Source: Escherichia coli (GTDB taxonomy: Bacteria; Pseudomonadota; Gammaproteobacteria; Enterobacterales; Enterobacteriaceae). From it: a DNA stretch of 64,000 nt. Shown piece after piece: positions 26,456-42,329 of the stretch (position 1 is its first letter; every line of letters starts with the position of its first letter). The DNA lies in the NCBI RefSeq assembly GCF_041886205.1, contig NZ_CP169029.1; one strand, written 5' to 3'. The position numbers and the translations under genes were made by a program. The notes under the pieces are model-generated. The model was not told where the DNA came from and searched no databases. It was given only the letters and a program-made list of their open reading frames with translations.

Positions 26456-29400
26456 TTAGTCAAACTCCAGTTCCACCTGCTCCGAACCAATGAGGCCACG
26501 GAGATCGTTTAATAAACGATCGCTCGGAGAGACACGCCACGTCGCGCCAAAACGCAACCGCGCGCGTGCATCCGCCCTCTGATAGTAGAGATGTACTGGA
26601 ATTGTCCCAGAGCGGTGGGGTTCCAGAGACTGACGGAGTCGGTTTAAAAGCTGGTCATCAATTTGCCTGTCCGTCAGCGAGATAGCAAGCCCGCGAGCAT
26701 ATTTTTCCCGGGCTTCGTCAATATCCATCACTTCGCGAGCGGTCATTTTAAGCCCACCGCTGAAGTCATCAAAGCTGACCTGTCCGCTGACGATAAGTAT
26801 GCGGTCTTTTTCCAGCAATTGCTGGTATTTATCCAGGGCGTCAGTAAACAACATCACTTCCAGCCGCCCGGAACGGTCATCCAGCGTGCAGATACCGATA
26901 CGATTGCCGCGCTTGGTGACCATAACCCGCGCGGCAACAACGAGCCCCGCAGCCGTGATGACTTTACCACGTTCTGTCGGGTGCATGTCTTTCAGCCTTA
27001 CGCCTCCGACATAACGCTCAATCTCTTTTAAATACTGGTTGATAGGGTGTCCCGTCAGGTACAGACCTAACGTTTCACGTTCCCCATCTAATACCACCTG
27101 CTCCGGCCACGGTTGGCAGCTGGCGTAGGATTGTTCAATTTGTTCCGGCTCTTCGGCCAGCACGCCGAACATATCGGCCTGACCGATAGCTTCCGCTTTC
27201 GCGTGTTGATCTGCCGCTTTTAACGCATCGCCCAGCGAGTTCATCAGTGCCGCGCGGTGTGGCCCAAGACGGTCAAACGCCCCGGACATAATCAGTTTTT
27301 CCAGCACCCGCCGGTTTAACTTTTTGGTGTCGGTTCGGGCGCAGAGATCAAACAGTTCGCGGAAGTAGCCGCCTTTATTACGGGCTTCGATGATGGCCTC
27401 AATCGGACCTTCACCGACCCCTTTGATCGCGCCAATACCATACACGATTTCGCCGTCGTCGTTGACGTGGAAATGGTAAAGACCGGAGTTTATATCTGGT
27501 GGCAGGATTTTCAGCCCCATCCGCCAGCACTCATCCACCAGGCCCACCACCTTCTCGGTGTTGTCCATATCGGCGGTCATTACCGCCGCCATAAACTCTG
27601 CCGGATAGTGCGCTTTCAGCCATAACGTTTGATATGACACCAAAGCATAGGCCGCAGAGTGCGATTTGTTAAATCCGTAACCAGCGAATTTCTCCACCAG
27701 GTCGAAGATTTTCATCGCCAGTTCGGCGTTGATTCCGTTCTTTTCTGCACCTTCAGCAAATACAGAACGCTGCTTAGCCATCTCTTCCGGCTTTTTCTTA
27801 CCCATCGCACGACGCAGCATATCCGCGCCACCGAGGGTATAACCAGAAAGCACCTGCGCAATCTGCATGACCTGTTCCTGATACAGGATGATACCGTAGG
27901 TTGGCTCCAGTACCGGTTTCAGGCTTTCATGCTGCCACTGTACGTCCGGATAGGAGATCTCTTCGCGACCATGTTTACGGTCGATAAAGTTATCCACCAT
28001 CCCTGATTGCAACGGACCAGGGCGGAACAGTGCCACCAGTGCGATCATATCTTCGAAGCAGTCAGGTTGCAGACGCTTGATCAGGTCCTTCATGCCGCGC
28101 GATTCAAGCTGGAATACCGCCGTGGTTTCCGAGCGTTGCAGCATGTCGAAGCTTTTCTTGTCATCCAGCGGGATCGCGGCGATATCCAGCGGCGGCTCGC
28201 CATTCTTCGCCCGCCGCTTGTTGATCATCTCCAGCGCCCAGTTGATGATGGTGAGCGTACGCAAACCAAGGAAGTCGAACTTCACCAGTCCGGCGTATTC
28301 AACGTCGCTTTTATCAAACTGGGTGACCGGATGTTTGCCCTCTTCATCGCAATAAAGCGGCGCAAAATCGGTAATTTTGGTCGGCGCGATAACCACCCCA
28401 CCGGCGTGCTTACCGGCGTTACGGGTGACCCCTTCCAGTTTGCGCGCCATGTCGATCAGCGCCTTAACTTCTTCATCCGCTTCGTAGATTTCCGGCAGCT
28501 GCGGCTCGGCTTCAAACGCTTTCGCCAGCGTCATGCCAGGATCGGGCGGGATCAGTTTCGAGATACGGTCGACAAAGCCGTACGGATGCCCCAGCACGCG
28601 GCCTACGTCGCGGATCACCGCTTTCGCCGCCATCGTACCGAAGGTGATAATCTGCGATACCGCATCACGACCGTACATGTCCGCTACGTGCTCGATAACC
28701 TGGTCGCGTTTCTCCATACAGAAGTCAACGTCGAAGTCAGGCATGGAGACACGTTCCGGGTTAAGGAAACGTTCGAACAGCAGGTCAAATTCCAGCGGAT
28801 CGAGGTCGGTGATTTTCAGCGCGTAGGCCACCAGTGACCCTGCACCAGAACCACGGCCCGGCCCTACCGGTACGCCGTTATCTTTCGACCACTGGATAAA
28901 TTCCATAACGATGAGGAAGTAGCCCGGGAAGCCCATCTGGTTGATAACCTGAAGTTCAGTCTCCAGACGTTCGTCATATTCCGGGCGGCGCTTAACACGT
29001 TCTTCCTCGTCAGGGAATAAAAAGGCCAGACGCTCTTCCAGGCCCTCTTTTGCACGCTTGACCAGATAATCTTCGGTGCTCATGTCCCCGGTCGGGAACT
29101 GCGGCAGGAAGTATTCACCAAGACGCACAGTTACGTTACAGCGTTTGGCGATCTCAACGGTGTTGGCAAGGGCTTCTGGGATGTCGGCAAACAGCTCGCA
29201 CATCTCCTCTTCGCTACGCATATATTGCTGCGGCGAATAGTTACGCGGGCGTTTAGGATCGTCGAGGGTAAAGCCGTCGTGGATCGCGACGCGGATTTCG
29301 TGTGCGTCAAAGTCGCTGCTGTCGATAAAGCGCACGTCGTTGGTCGCCACGACGGGCAAACCGCGCGCTTCCGCCAGTTCCACCGCCGCGTGCAAATAGC

Positions 29401-29938
29401 TTTCTTCATCCGGCCTGCCGGTGCGGATCAGCTCGAGAAAATAGCGATCCGGGAAGTGTTCTTCATAAAACGCGACACACTCATCTACCAGCGCGCTGTT
29501 ACCACGCAAAAGACTGCGTCCGACGTCGCCCATGCGCCCGCCGGAAAGAAGGATCAACCCTTCGTTTAATTCGATAAGCCAGTCGCGATCGATGATCGGC
29601 CCGGCGGCACCGTACCCGCGCTGATACGCTTTTGAGATCAGCAACGTCAGATTCTGATAGCCGGTATTGTTCGCCGCCAGTACCGTCAGGTGGGTTAACT
29701 CATCACCCAGCAGGTCGCACTGGACATTAAAATCTGCCCCGACGATAGGCTTAATCCCTGCGCCATGTCCCGCTCCGTAGAACTTCACCAGACCGCAAAG
29801 GTTGGTGAAATCGGTGATCGCCAGTGCTGGCATACCCAACGCCGCCGCCTTTTTTACCAGCGGTGCGGTTTTGGCCAGGCCATCGATCATCGAGTAGTCG
29901 CTGTGCACCCGCAGGTGTACGAAACGTGGTTCAGACAT
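26456..29938 (-). CDS. dnaE: DNA polymerase III subunit alpha
   Basis: 1160-aa ORF; N-terminal PHP domain ([20 protein letters not shown]), polymerase core and OB fold. Confidence 0.97.
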   Translation of the reverse strand: MSEPRFVHLRVHSDYSMIDGLAKTAPLVKKAAALGMPALAITDFTNLCGLVKFYGAGHGAGIKPIVGADFNVQCDLLGDELTHLTVLAANNTGYQNLTLLISKAYQRGYGAAGPIIDRDWLIELNEGLILLSGGRMGDVGRSLLRGNSALVDECVAFYEEHFPDRYFLELIRTGRPDEESYLHAAVELAEARGLPVVATNDVRFIDSSDFDAHEIRVAIHDGFTLDDPKRPRNYSPQQYMRSEEEMCELFADIPEALANTVEIAKRCNVTVRLGEYFLPQFPTGDMSTEDYLVKRAKEGLEERLAFLFPDEEERVKRRPEYDERLETELQVINQMGFPGYFLIVMEFIQWSKDNGVPVGPGRGSGAGSLVAYALKITDLDPLEFDLLFERFLNPERVSMPDFDVDFCMEKRDQVIEHVADMYGRDAVSQIITFGTMAAKAVIRDVGRVLGHPYGFVDRISKLIPPDPGMTLAKAFEAEPQLPEIYEADEEVKALIDMARKLEGVTRNAGKHAGGVVIAPTKITDFAPLYCDEEGKHPVTQFDKSDVEYAGLVKFDFLGLRTLTIINWALEMINKRRAKNGEPPLDIAAIPLDDKKSFDMLQRSETTAVFQLESRGMKDLIKRLQPDCFEDMIALVALFRPGPLQSGMVDNFIDRKHGREEISYPDVQWQHESLKPVLEPTYGIILYQEQVMQIAQVLSGYTLGGADMLRRAMGKKKPEEMAKQRSVFAEGAEKNGINAELAMKIFDLVEKFAGYGFNKSHSAAYALVSYQTLWLKAHYPAEFMAAVMTADMDNTEKVVGLVDECWRMGLKILPPDINSGLYHFHVNDDGEIVYGIGAIKGVGEGPIEAIIEARNKGGYFRELFDLCARTDTKKLNRRVLEKLIMSGAFDRLGPHRAALMNSLGDALKAADQHAKAEAIGQADMFGVLAEEPEQIEQSYASCQPWPEQVVLDGERETLGLYLTGHPINQYLKEIERYVGGVRLKDMHPTERGKVITAAGLVVAARVMVTKRGNRIGICTLDDRSGRLEVMLFTDALDKYQQLLEKDRILIVSGQVSFDDFSGGLKMTAREVMDIDEAREKYARGLAISLTDRQIDDQLLNRLRQSLEPHRSGTIPVHLYYQRADARARLRFGATWRVSPSDRLLNDLRGLIGSEQVELEFD

Positions 29939-29974
29939 CTTCAGATTCCGGTTTACTTAATCTCGACACAAGAA

Positions 29975-30571
29975 TCAGGACGCAAGTCCCAGTGCGCGTT
30001 TGACAGGCCCAAAGCTGCGACGATGATGTTCAGTCGCGCCATATTCAGCCAGTTTTTCCAGATGAAAAGCGGTTGGATACCCTTTATGTTGGGCAAAACC
30101 ATATTGCGGGAAAACAATATCCAGCGCCGCCATTTCGGCGTCGCGCGTCACTTTCGCCAGGATAGACGCGGCACTGATTTCCGGTACGCGGCTATCGCCT
30201 TTCACCACTGCCATCGAAGGCATCGGTAATTTCGGGCAGCGGTTACCATCAATCAACACATATTCCGGCGCAATATGCAGCCCAGCGACGGCTCGCTGCA
30301 TCGCCAGCATGGTCGCATGAAGAATGTTCAGCTCGTCGATTTCGTAGGGTTCCGCGCGGCCCAGACTCCAGCTCAACGCTTTCTCTTTGATCTCTTCACA
30401 GAGCGCCAGACGACGTTTTTCGCTCAGCTTTTTGGAATCATTCAGCCCGGCAATCGGGCGCGCCGGGTCGAGAATCACCGCAGCGGTGACGACCGCGCCA
30501 ACTAACGGCCCGCGTCCGACTTCATCCACACCCGCAACCAGGTGCGTGTGCGGATAAACAAATTCGATCAT
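29975..30571 (-). CDS. rnhB: Ribonuclease HII
   Basis: 198-aa ORF; N-terminal GVDEVGRG motif. Confidence 0.96.
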   Translation of the reverse strand: MIEFVYPHTHLVAGVDEVGRGPLVGAVVTAAVILDPARPIAGLNDSKKLSEKRRLALCEEIKEKALSWSLGRAEPYEIDELNILHATMLAMQRAVAGLHIAPEYVLIDGNRCPKLPMPSMAVVKGDSRVPEISAASILAKVTRDAEMAALDIVFPQYGFAQHKGYPTAFHLEKLAEYGATEHHRRSFGPVKRALGLAS

Positions 30572-31716
30572 TGTGCTAACTCCAGAACGGCTTGTGCCGC
30601 CTGCTCATCGGCATTGCAGCGGATCTGCTGATGCAGTTCACGGAAGGTATCGTGCATCGCGTGGCTGGTTTTCCCGTTCGCCAACAGCGGTAACAGCGCC
30701 GCAGCCAGTTTTTGCGGCTCACACTCTTCCTGCAATAACTCTTTGACTAACTCTCTGCCCGCCAGCAGATTTGGCAGCGAGACATAATCAGTTTTCACCA
30801 GCCGCTTCGCCAACCAGAAGGTAAAAGGCTTCATGCGATATCCCACCACCATCGGGCATTTCGCCAGCATACACTCCAGGGCTGCCGTCCCCGACGCCAG
30901 TAGTGCCGCATCGCTGGCGACCATCGCCTCACGGCCCATTCCATCCAGCAAATGAACCGACAGGTCTGGCGCGACTTCAGCTTTGATGCGTTCAAACTGC
31001 TCGCGGCGTTTGGCATTCACCAGCGGCACCACGATTTCGAGATCCGGATATGTCTGGCGCAAAAGCTGGGCAGTTTTCAGGAAATCGGCACTAAGCATTT
31101 CGACTTCTGCACCACGGCTGCCCGGCAACAATGCCAGACAGTGGGCATCGTAAGGGATCCCCAGCACATCACGGGCACCATTTTTATCTGGATCTAACGG
31201 CATGGCATCAGCCATGGTATGACCGATAAAGCGGCACGGTACATTGTATTTGTCATAAAACGCTTTTTCGAAAGGCAGAAATGCGAGCACCAGATCGGTG
31301 GCTCTGCCTATTTTGAAAACGCGTTTCTGTCGCCACGCCCAGACGGATGGACTGACGTAATGAATGGTTTTGATACCCTGCTTTTTGAGGTTACCTTCAA
31401 GAGTAATATTGAAGTCGGGCGCATCAATACCAACAAAAACATCTGGCTTCAGTTCGCCAAAACGCTTTGTCAGATCGGCACGAATATGCAGTAAGCGACG
31501 CAGACGACCGAGCACTTCAACAATGCCCATCACCGCCAGTTCTTCCATTTCGTACCAGGCTTCGCAGCCTTCAGCCTGCATTCGTGGCCCGGCAACGCCA
31601 ACAAAGCGGGCGTTGGGCACACGTTCTTTCAGAGCGCGGATTAAACCGGCCCCCAGGATATCGCCGGAGGTTTCTCCGGCGACCAGGGCAATCGTTAATG
31701 GACGCTGTTCAGTCAT
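30568..31716 (-). CDS. lpxB: Lipid-A-disaccharide synthase
   Basis: 382-aa ORF; start overlaps the lpxA stop and stop overlaps the rnhB start. Confidence 0.96.
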   Translation of the reverse strand: MTEQRPLTIALVAGETSGDILGAGLIRALKERVPNARFVGVAGPRMQAEGCEAWYEMEELAVMGIVEVLGRLRRLLHIRADLTKRFGELKPDVFVGIDAPDFNITLEGNLKKQGIKTIHYVSPSVWAWRQKRVFKIGRATDLVLAFLPFEKAFYDKYNVPCRFIGHTMADAMPLDPDKNGARDVLGIPYDAHCLALLPGSRGAEVEMLSADFLKTAQLLRQTYPDLEIVVPLVNAKRREQFERIKAEVAPDLSVHLLDGMGREAMVASDAALLASGTAALECMLAKCPMVVGYRMKPFTFWLAKRLVKTDYVSLPNLLAGRELVKELLQEECEPQKLAAALLPLLANGKTSHAMHDTFRELHQQIRCNADEQAAQAVLELAQ

Positions 31717-32504
31717 TAACGAATCAGACCGCGCGTTGAGCGTGCAAAGAAATCGGTAAAAGCTTTCACTTCCGGATACGTTTCCGCCAGTTCAGCAATT
31801 TCCGGTTTCACTTCATCGAGCGTTTTACCGCTGCGATAAATCAGCTTATACGCATTGCGGATAGCGGTAATCGCCTCGCGGCTGAATCCGCGGCGCTTCA
31901 GCCCTTCGATATTGACACCGAACGGCGTTGCGTGGTTACCCTGCGCAATGACATAAGGAGGGACGTCCTGCGCCACACCGGAGCAACCGCCAACCATCAC
32001 ATGCGCACCAATGATGCAGAACTGATGGACTGCGGTCATGCCGCCGATGATCGCGAAGTCGTCAACCGATACGTGACCCGCCAGCGTTGCGTTGTTGGCG
32101 AGAATACAGCGGTTACCTACCGTACAATCGTGCGCAATGTGCGCGTTGATCATCAGTAAGTTGTCGCTGCCCACCTTCGTCAATCCACCGCCCTGGACTG
32201 TGCCACGATGAATGGTGACGCTTTCGCGAATGCGGTTACGATCGCCGATTTCCACGCGGGTCGGTTCGCCAGCATATTTCAGATCCTGGTTAACTTCGCC
32301 GATGGAGGCGAACTGATAAATCTCATTATCGCGGCCAATTTTAGTATGACCATTCACGACAACGTGAGATTTCAGTACGGTACCCTCACCAATTTCGACA
32401 TGGGGTCCAACGATACAAAAAGGACCAATGTGAGCGTTCGCGCCAATTGACGCGCCCTCTTCCACAATGGCGGTTGGATGCACAAAGGCGGATTTATCAA
32501 TCAC
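31716..32504 (-). CDS. lpxA: UDP-N-acetylglucosamine acyltransferase
   Basis: 262-aa ORF with left-handed beta-helix hexapeptide repeats. Confidence 0.96.
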
Positions 32505-32507
32505 GTA

Positions 32508-32963
32508 TCAGGCCTCCCGGCTACGAGCACACATCATCGTTGCTTCGCAAACTACTTTACCATCGACCAGAGCAACCCCTTTAAAACGGGTCAGGCCGCG
32601 GCGCGTTTTTTCGAAAGTGACTTCCATGATCATTTGATCGCCAGGCACGACCGGGCGCTTGAAGCGCGCTTCGTCAATACCGGCGAAGTAGTACAGCTCA
32701 CCCGGTTCCAGTTTTCCTACGCTTTTAAACGCCAGAATACCTGTTGCCTGTGCCATTGCTTCCAGAATCAGCACACCCGGGAAAATCGGTTTTCCAGGGA
32801 AATGGCCCTGGAAGAATGGCTCATTGACAGAGACATTTTTTACTGCGCGCAGAAAACGACCTTCTTCAAAATCCAGCACGCGATCCACCAGTAAGAACGG
32901 GAAACGGTGCGGCAGAAGTTCTAAAATCTCTTCAATCTGCAGAGTATGAGTGTTAGTAGTCAA
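32508..32963 (-). CDS. fabZ: 3-hydroxyacyl-ACP dehydratase FabZ
   Basis: 151 aa from a TTG start ([12 protein letters not shown]...) preceded by AGGAAG; hotdog fold; the track ORF (182 aa) is an upstream extension. Confidence 0.9.
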
Positions 32964-33067
32964 GATACTCTTCCTGTCAAAATATAAGAAACGACAATAA
33001 TAACACGGCCTGCCGCAATCGTAAGAATGAGACAGGCCGTAAAGTTTGGCGAACAAAAGATGGAACG

Positions 33068-34093
33068 TTAGTCTTGTTGATTAACCTTGCGCTCAAGCGA
33101 TTTCAGACGCTTGCTCATGTCATCAATGTTCATCACCAGTGCAGCGGTTTTGCGCCAGACTTTGTTGGGTTGCAGCGGAATGCCTGAGGAATAGACGCCT
33201 GGTTCAGTGATGGGACGCATCACCATACCCATGCCCGTAACCGTCACTTTGTCGCATATTTCCATATGCCCGTTGATTACGCTGGCTCCGCCGATCATGC
33301 AGTAACGACCAATTTTCAGGCTGCCCGCCATAATGACGCCACCGGCAACCGCCGTATTGTCGCCAATCACGACGTTATGTGCAATCTGGCACTGGTTATC
33401 AATGATCACGCCATTGCCAATAACAGTGTCATCCAGCGCGCCGCGATCGATGGTAGTGCAGGCACCGATCTCCACGCGATCGCCAATAATTACGCGACCA
33501 ATCTGTGGGATCTTCACCCAGTTACCACGATCGTTGGCATAACCAAAGCCGTCTGCGCCTACCACTGTTCCGGACTGGATCAGGCAATTCTGACCGATCT
33601 GGATCTCATGGTAAATGGTTACGTTCGCCCAGAGACGCGAACCTGCACCGATTTTGCTGTTTTTACCTACGAAGCAACCGGCACCGATAATCACGTTATC
33701 GCCCAGTTCAACGCCGGATTCAATCACCGCGTTAGCGCCAATCGATACGTTGTTACCCAGCTTCGCCGTCGCGTCGATCACCGCACTGGGTGCAATGTTC
33801 TGCGCGGGCTGCGGCGTGGTATCTAAAATTTGCGCCATGCGCGCGTAAGTCAGGTAGGGATTCTTCACTACCAGCGCGGCACTTTTCGCGAAAGGAAGAT
33901 CGTCCTGGGTCATGACAACCGCGGACGCCTGGCACAAGCCTAAATGCTCACGGTATTTTGGGTTAACCATGAACGTAATGTGACCTGTTTGTGCAGATTG
34001 CATGGACGCAACGCCGGTGATGACGATATCGCCATCACCGTGTAGTTCTGCATCCAACTGCTGCGCTAAATCAGCCAGTCGAATTGAAGGCAT
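33068..34093 (-). CDS. lpxD: UDP-3-O-(3-hydroxymyristoyl)glucosamine N-acyltransferase
   Basis: 341-aa ORF with hexapeptide-repeat beta-helix. Confidence 0.96.
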
Positions 34094-34096
34094 TAC

Positions 34097-34582
34097 TTAT
34101 TTAACCTGTTTCAGTACGTCGGCAGTGATGTCTTTTACATCGCTGCTGTTGTAAGCAACGGCGTTTGCATCAACAACCAGATCGATATCCTGGCTGTTGG
34201 CAACGGATTTCACAGCAGTCTGGATACGAGTAACCAGTTTGCCGCGTTCTTCGTTGGAACGACGTGCGCGATCCTGCTCAAAAGCCTGCGCTTTCTGAGC
34301 AAAAGTCTGGCGCTGAGCCATCACGTCTTTTTCCAGCTTAGTGCGATCGCTGCCCGCTTTCATGGACTGCAGCTTTTTCATTTTAGCCTGCAGATCGGTT
34401 TCCATACGCTGCAGTTCGCTGGCACGGCCTTTGAACTCATTTTCCAGCGTGTTAGAAACACCGGTTTTCTGCGCTACCTGCTGGAACAGGCTGCCCATAT
34501 TGACGATTGCAATTTTGTCAGCCGCCTGAGCAGAAGTTGCCAGTGCTAAACCGAGACCTGCCGCTAATAACCACTTTTTCAC
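34097..34582 (-). CDS. skp: Periplasmic chaperone Skp (OmpH)
   Basis: 161-aa ORF with signal peptide; recognised Skp sequence. Confidence 0.96.
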   Translation of the reverse strand: MKKWLLAAGLGLALATSAQAADKIAIVNMGSLFQQVAQKTGVSNTLENEFKGRASELQRMETDLQAKMKKLQSMKAGSDRTKLEKDVMAQRQTFAQKAQAFEQDRARRSNEERGKLVTRIQTAVKSVANSQDIDLVVDANAVAYNSSDVKDITADVLKQVK

Positions 34583-34703
34583 AATAAACTCCTTACCATC
34601 CCATTTGCACCGGAGGGTGCAGTTCTTTGCGTGGCCCGGCGATCTTATATTGATCGCCTAAAGTCATCGCTACACTACCACTACATTCCTTTGTGGAGAA
34701 CAC

Positions 34704-37142
<2,439 letters not shown>

Positions 37143-37153
37143 CTAACTAACTC

Positions 37154-38506
37154 TCATAACCGAGAGAAATCATTGAAAAGTGCAAGCCCCATTAACAGCA
37201 CCAGCAGAATCGAGCCAATGCGATAACAAAAGTCTTGAACCCGCTCGGATACCGGTCCGCCCTTGATCTTTTCGATCGCAAGGAACAGCAGATGCCCCCC
37301 GTCAAGTACGGGCAACGGAAACAGGTTAATTATCCCTAAGTTCACGCTAATAAGCGCAAGAAACGGCAGGTAATAAACTACCCCGAGTTCCGCTGTCATC
37401 CCAGCCCCCTTGGCGATAGAGATCGGCCCACTGAGGTTGTTCAGTTTCACATCACCGGTGATCAATTTTCCCAGCATACTGACCGTCAGCTTCATCAGCT
37501 GCCACGTTTTGTCCGTGGCTTCGACGATGGCGTTGAACGGCCCATACTGGCGTACAACTTTATACTCATCTGGCAAAGGAATGACTTTCGGCTCAATACC
37601 GACAAAACCAATCGCTTTACCATTACCCGGTTTACTCTCCGGGATTAATGTCAAAGACAAGGGACTCCCCTGCCTTTCGATTTCTAACGCTAAGGATTTA
37701 CCCGGGTTATCCCGGACAAGCATCACAAAGGTCACCCACTGCGTTAAGGGCTGACCATCGACTTTAACGATCCTGTCGCCTGCTTGCAAACCTGCCTTGC
37801 TTGCCGCCGAGTTTGGCTGCACATTTTCCAGTACAGGTTCAATTTGCGGCCCACGAGGACGAATCCCCAGCGAAGATACCGGATCTTCTTTATCAGGCTC
37901 AAACGCCCAGTGACGTAAATCGAGCTTTACATCCCGCCGTTGGTCGCTGCCAAATGGCGCTACTGTAATGGTGGTGCTTTCATCGCCAATTTTATCGACC
38001 AACTGCAAACGCACGGCATCCCAATCAGGCGTTTCGATACCATCTACGGCTTTTAGTTCCGTACCTGGTGCAATTTGTGCTTCCGCAGCTATCGAATTGG
38101 CTGCTATTTCGCCAACCACCGGACGTACGCCAGGCACACCAATAATAAAAACCAGCCAGTAGGCAAAGATAGCAAAAATGAAGTTTGCAACCGGACCTGC
38201 GGCAATAATCGCCGCTCGTTGGCCGACAGATTTATTATTGAAGGCATGGTGGCGGAGTTCCGGAACGACCGGTTCTGCGCGCTCATCCAGCATTTTGACA
38301 TAACCGCCCAACGGGATCAGGGCGATAACATATTCGGTGCCGAGCTTATCAGTTCGCCGCCAGAGCGCCTTACCAAACCCTATTGAGAAACGCTCAACGC
38401 GAACACCACAACGCCGGGCAACCCAGAAATGACCAAATTCATGCACGGTGATAAGTACACCCAGTGCAACGATGAACGAAGCCAAATCCCAGAGAAAACT
38501 CAGCAT
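37154..38506 (-). CDS. rseP: Regulator of sigma-E protease RseP (site-2 zinc metalloprotease)
   Basis: 450 aa from [13 protein letters not shown]; HExxH motif (VHEFGHFW); PDZ domains; the track ORF is extended 15 codons upstream. Confidence 0.95.
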
Positions 38507-38517
38507 ATTACCTTCCG

Positions 38518-39375
38518 TTAAAGCGTCCTGAATACCAGTAACAACAAGCAAGCAAAGACCGGTACCGCAGCCGTCAGGCTATCAATACGATCTAAAATAC
38601 CACCGTGTCCTGGAATTAAATGACCGCTGTCCTTAATTCCTGCTTCACGCTTAAACATACTCTCGGTCAGATCGCCGAGCACTGAGGCTAACGCTGCGAC
38701 AATAGAGCAAATGAGTAAGGTGACGGGAGCGACGTCGAGATTCGCCCACATGCCATAACCCCATGAGATTACCGCTGCAGTAGCGAGTCCACCGATAAAG
38801 CCTTGCCAGGTTTTACCCGGAGAAACCTTCGGTGCCAGCTTATGTTTACCAAACAATTTGCCAAACATATATGCGCCGGAGTCAGCGCCCCATACCAGGA
38901 TCATGACATAGAGCAGCCATATTGCGCCACTGTAATGATTCTCGTCGTAGTGCCAGGCCCGTAACGCCAGCATGCCCCAGAAGAAGGGAACAATGGTTAG
39001 CACGCCAAAAATAAGGCGCAATGTTTTAGAGTTACGCCAGATTGCTGCGGAACCTGGGTAAAACAGCACCAGCAATAGCGCGACAATCCACCAACCCAGC
39101 GAAGCCCAAAGTGAGATTTCAACCAGCGGTTGATGAATATTTCGGTGATATTCCGGCAACAGAAAAAGCATCAGCGCCAACAATAACCCGCATAACACCG
39201 CCAACCATACTCGCTGCGAACGAGTGGTAAAACCGCTAAGCTGTCCCCATTCCCACGCTGCCAGCATGCAGACCACCAGCGTTACAATGGCGAACCCCAC
39301 CGGCGGCAACAGAAACAACGCCGCGATGACGACGGGTATTAACACAAAAGCAGATATCAGGCGATACTTCAGCAA
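38518..39375 (-). CDS. cdsA: Phosphatidate cytidylyltransferase (CDP-diglyceride synthase)
   Basis: 285-aa polytopic membrane protein; recognised CdsA. Confidence 0.95.
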
Positions 39376-39387
39376 AAGCGACCCCCA

Positions 39388-40149
39388 TCAGGCTGTTTCA
39401 TCACCGGGCTCGGTGCCGCCGAAACGACGCTCTCGATTAGCAAAGGCATTTAACGCCCCTTCAAAGTCTTGTTCATCGAAATCGGGCCAGAGAACATCTG
39501 TAAAGTAAAGTTCGGCATAGGCAATTTGCCAAAGCAAAAAGTTACTTATGCGATGCTCTCCCCCAGTCCTAATTACTAAATCTACAGGGGCCAGTTCATG
39601 CATACAGACATGCTGGTTTAGCATCTCTTCATCTATCTGATCTGGTTGCAGGCTTCCTTGCTGCACCTTTTCAGCCAGTTGCCTGACTCCCTGGACTATA
39701 TCCCAACGTCCACCGTAGTTCGCCGCAATATTCAGCGTCAGACCGGTATTCCCGGCTGTTAGCGCTTCAGATTTACGAATACGTTCTTGCAAACGCGAGT
39801 TAAAGCGACTGGTATCGCCAATAATACGCAGACGCACGTTATGTCGGTGCAGACTTTTTACTTCGCTATCGAGCGCCCACACAAACAGTTCCATTAACGC
39901 ACTGACTTCCTGCGCTGGTCGGTTCCAGTTTTCACTACTAAAGGCATACAGCGTTAACGCCTCAATACCGTTGTTGGCCGCAAAAGAGACAGCCCGGCGG
40001 ACGGATTTTGCCCCGGCTTTATGCCCAAAGGCTCGAATCTTCCCTTGCTTTTTTGCCCAGCGACCATTGCCGTCCATAATGATCGCAACATGACGGCAGC
40101 CATGCGCTGGCAATTTTTCGCTAAGTGGTTGAGTAGCAGACAACATCAC
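39388..40149 (-). CDS. ispU: Ditrans,polycis-undecaprenyl-diphosphate synthase
   Basis: 253-aa ORF with the cis-prenyltransferase motif (IIMDGNGRWA). Confidence 0.96.
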   Translation of the reverse strand: MMLSATQPLSEKLPAHGCRHVAIIMDGNGRWAKKQGKIRAFGHKAGAKSVRRAVSFAANNGIEALTLYAFSSENWNRPAQEVSALMELFVWALDSEVKSLHRHNVRLRIIGDTSRFNSRLQERIRKSEALTAGNTGLTLNIAANYGGRWDIVQGVRQLAEKVQQGSLQPDQIDEEMLNQHVCMHELAPVDLVIRTGGEHRISNFLLWQIAYAELYFTDVLWPDFDEQDFEGALNAFANRERRFGGTEPGDETA

Positions 40150-40204
40150 GCGTTTTTTATTCCCTGACAGGGTTTACGGTACTCAGGAATACTGAAGCCT
40201 ATAC

Positions 40205-40230
40205 AAAAAAAAGCCGTGTAAAACCACGGC
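40205..40230 (-). terminator. Intrinsic terminator after dxr
   Basis: Minus strand reads gccgtggttttacacggc followed by tttttttt. Confidence 0.75.
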
Positions 40231-40334
40231 ATACCTGACCTTATAAAGCCAACTACTTACGATCAGATGGCGCAGACTATATCACTGAAGCCCTACGCTA
40301 ACAAATAGCGCGACTCTCTGTAGCCGGATTATCC

Positions 40335-41531
40335 TCAGCTTGCGAGACGCATCACCTCTTTTCTGGCGACTTCACGCGCGTTCGCATCAACAGATAACAC
40401 ATCGTCCACACATTGTGGTTCGCGCATATCCATTTTTTCCAGTACCGATAAATTCAACGCAGCGATATCCGTAAAGCGGATTTGTTGCGCAAGAAAAGCA
40501 GCAACGGTGATTTCGTTTGCGGCATTCAATGCTGTCGTCGCTGCCTGGCCTTGTTCGAACGCCTCCATCGCCAGTTTCAGGCATGGATAACGATCATAAT
40601 CCGGTGCGGCAAATGTCAACGCACTTAGTTTGCAAAAATCGAGCGGCTTCACGCCAGAGTTCACGCGATTCGGCCATGCCATGGTGTGGGCAATTGGCGT
40701 ACGCATATCCGGTTCCCCCAGCTGCGCCAGAACACTGCCGTCCTGATAGCGCACCATTGAGTGAATCACTGACTGCGGGTGAATCAGCACTTCCATCTGG
40801 CTGGCGCTGGCGTTAAACAGCCAACGCGCTTCAATGTATTCCAGACCTTTGTTCATCATGGTAGCCGAATCGACGGAAATTTTACGTCCCATCGACCAGT
40901 TCGGATGACGGCAGGCTTGATCGGGCGTCATTGTTGCCAAATCGCGCAATGGCGTCTCACGGAAAGGGCCACCAGACCCGGTAAGTAAAATGGACACCAC
41001 GCCATTTTGCTCAAGGTCAGCGTATCCCAGATTATGCTGGATAGGTTGCGGTAAACTCTGAAAAATGGCGTTATGTTCGCTATCGACCGGTAACAATTGC
41101 GCTTTGCTCTGCTTTACGGCGTCCATAAACAGACGTCCGCAGGTAACCAGTGATTCTTTATTGGCCAGCAAAATGGTTTTACCCGCGCGGATCGCAGCAA
41201 GCGTAGGTAACAGCCCAGCAGCGCCAACAATGGCTGCCATCACCTGATCAACATCCTCAAGCGCTGCCATATCGCAAGCGGCTTGTTGCCCACTTAAGAC
41301 TTCGGTGCGGCTACCCTGTTGCTGTAGCATCGTTTTAAGAAGTTTCGCACTCGCTTCATCGTCCATTACGGCATAGCGGGGAGAGAATTCCAGGCACTGT
41401 TCTACCATGCGAGTGACATTTTTGCCTGCCACCAGCGCAACTACGCGGAAGTGTTCGGGATTATGGCGCACCACGTCCAGCGTGCTGCAACCAATCGAGC
41501 CGGTCGAGCCCAGAATGGTGAGTTGCTTCAT
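40335..41531 (-). CDS. dxr: 1-deoxy-D-xylulose 5-phosphate reductoisomerase
   Basis: 398-aa ORF with N-terminal NADPH-binding motif (ILGSTGSIG). Confidence 0.96.
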
Positions 41532-41561
41532 GAAACATCCAGAGTTGAGACAGAATAAAAA

Positions 41562-41612
41562 GCAAAACGCCGCCAGCCGATCCGCAAGGATCTACTGAGC
41601 GGCGTTTTTGTC
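41562..41612 (-). terminator. Intrinsic terminator after frr
   Basis: Long GC-rich hairpin (caaaaacgccgc...gcggcgttttg) followed by a T-tract on the minus strand. Confidence 0.7.
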
Positions 41613-41622
41613 GTTCAAGAAA

Positions 41623-42180
41623 TCAGAACTGCATCAGTTCTGCTTCTTTGTCTGCCAGCGCCGCTTCAATTTTCTTGATTGCAGCATCAGTCAGTTTCTG
41701 TACATCGTCCTGAGAACGGCGATCGTCGTCTTCGCTGATCTCTTTATCTTTCAACAGTGCTTTCACTTTGTCGTTCGCGTCACGACGCACGTTACGTACT
41801 GCAACACGCGCTTGTTCTGCTTCACCACGAACGATTTTGGTCAGATCTTTACGACGTTCTTCCGTCAGCGGCGGCAGCGGAACACGGATGTCGCTACCCG
41901 CAGAGTTCGGGTTCAGGCCAAGATCGGACGCCATAATCGCTTTTTCAACGGCCGGAGACATTGAACGATCAAACACGTTGATTTTCAGTGTACGGGAATC
42001 TTCTACCGTTACGCTTGCCAGCTGACGCAGCGGCGTCGGCGTGCCGTAATATTCCACGACAATGCCATCCAGCAGGCTGGGAGAAGCACGACCCGTGCGT
42101 ATTTTGCTGATTTGGGTTTTGAACGCTTCTACGCATTTGTCCATGCGTACTTCAGCATCTTTTCTGATATCGCTAATCAC
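41623..42180 (-). CDS. frr: Ribosome recycling factor
   Basis: 185-aa ORF; recognised RRF sequence. Confidence 0.97.
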
Positions 42181-42329
42181 GTTACGAATCCTTGAAAACT
42201 TGTCTCAGTCAGACCAGACAGTCACACACAGTGGAAGTGTGCTAAGTATAGCCCTGATTAAACATATTACGGGTAAGATCCCCCGCGATACTTGCAAGGA
42301 ATCTTACCCTTATTTATCCATCACGGGAA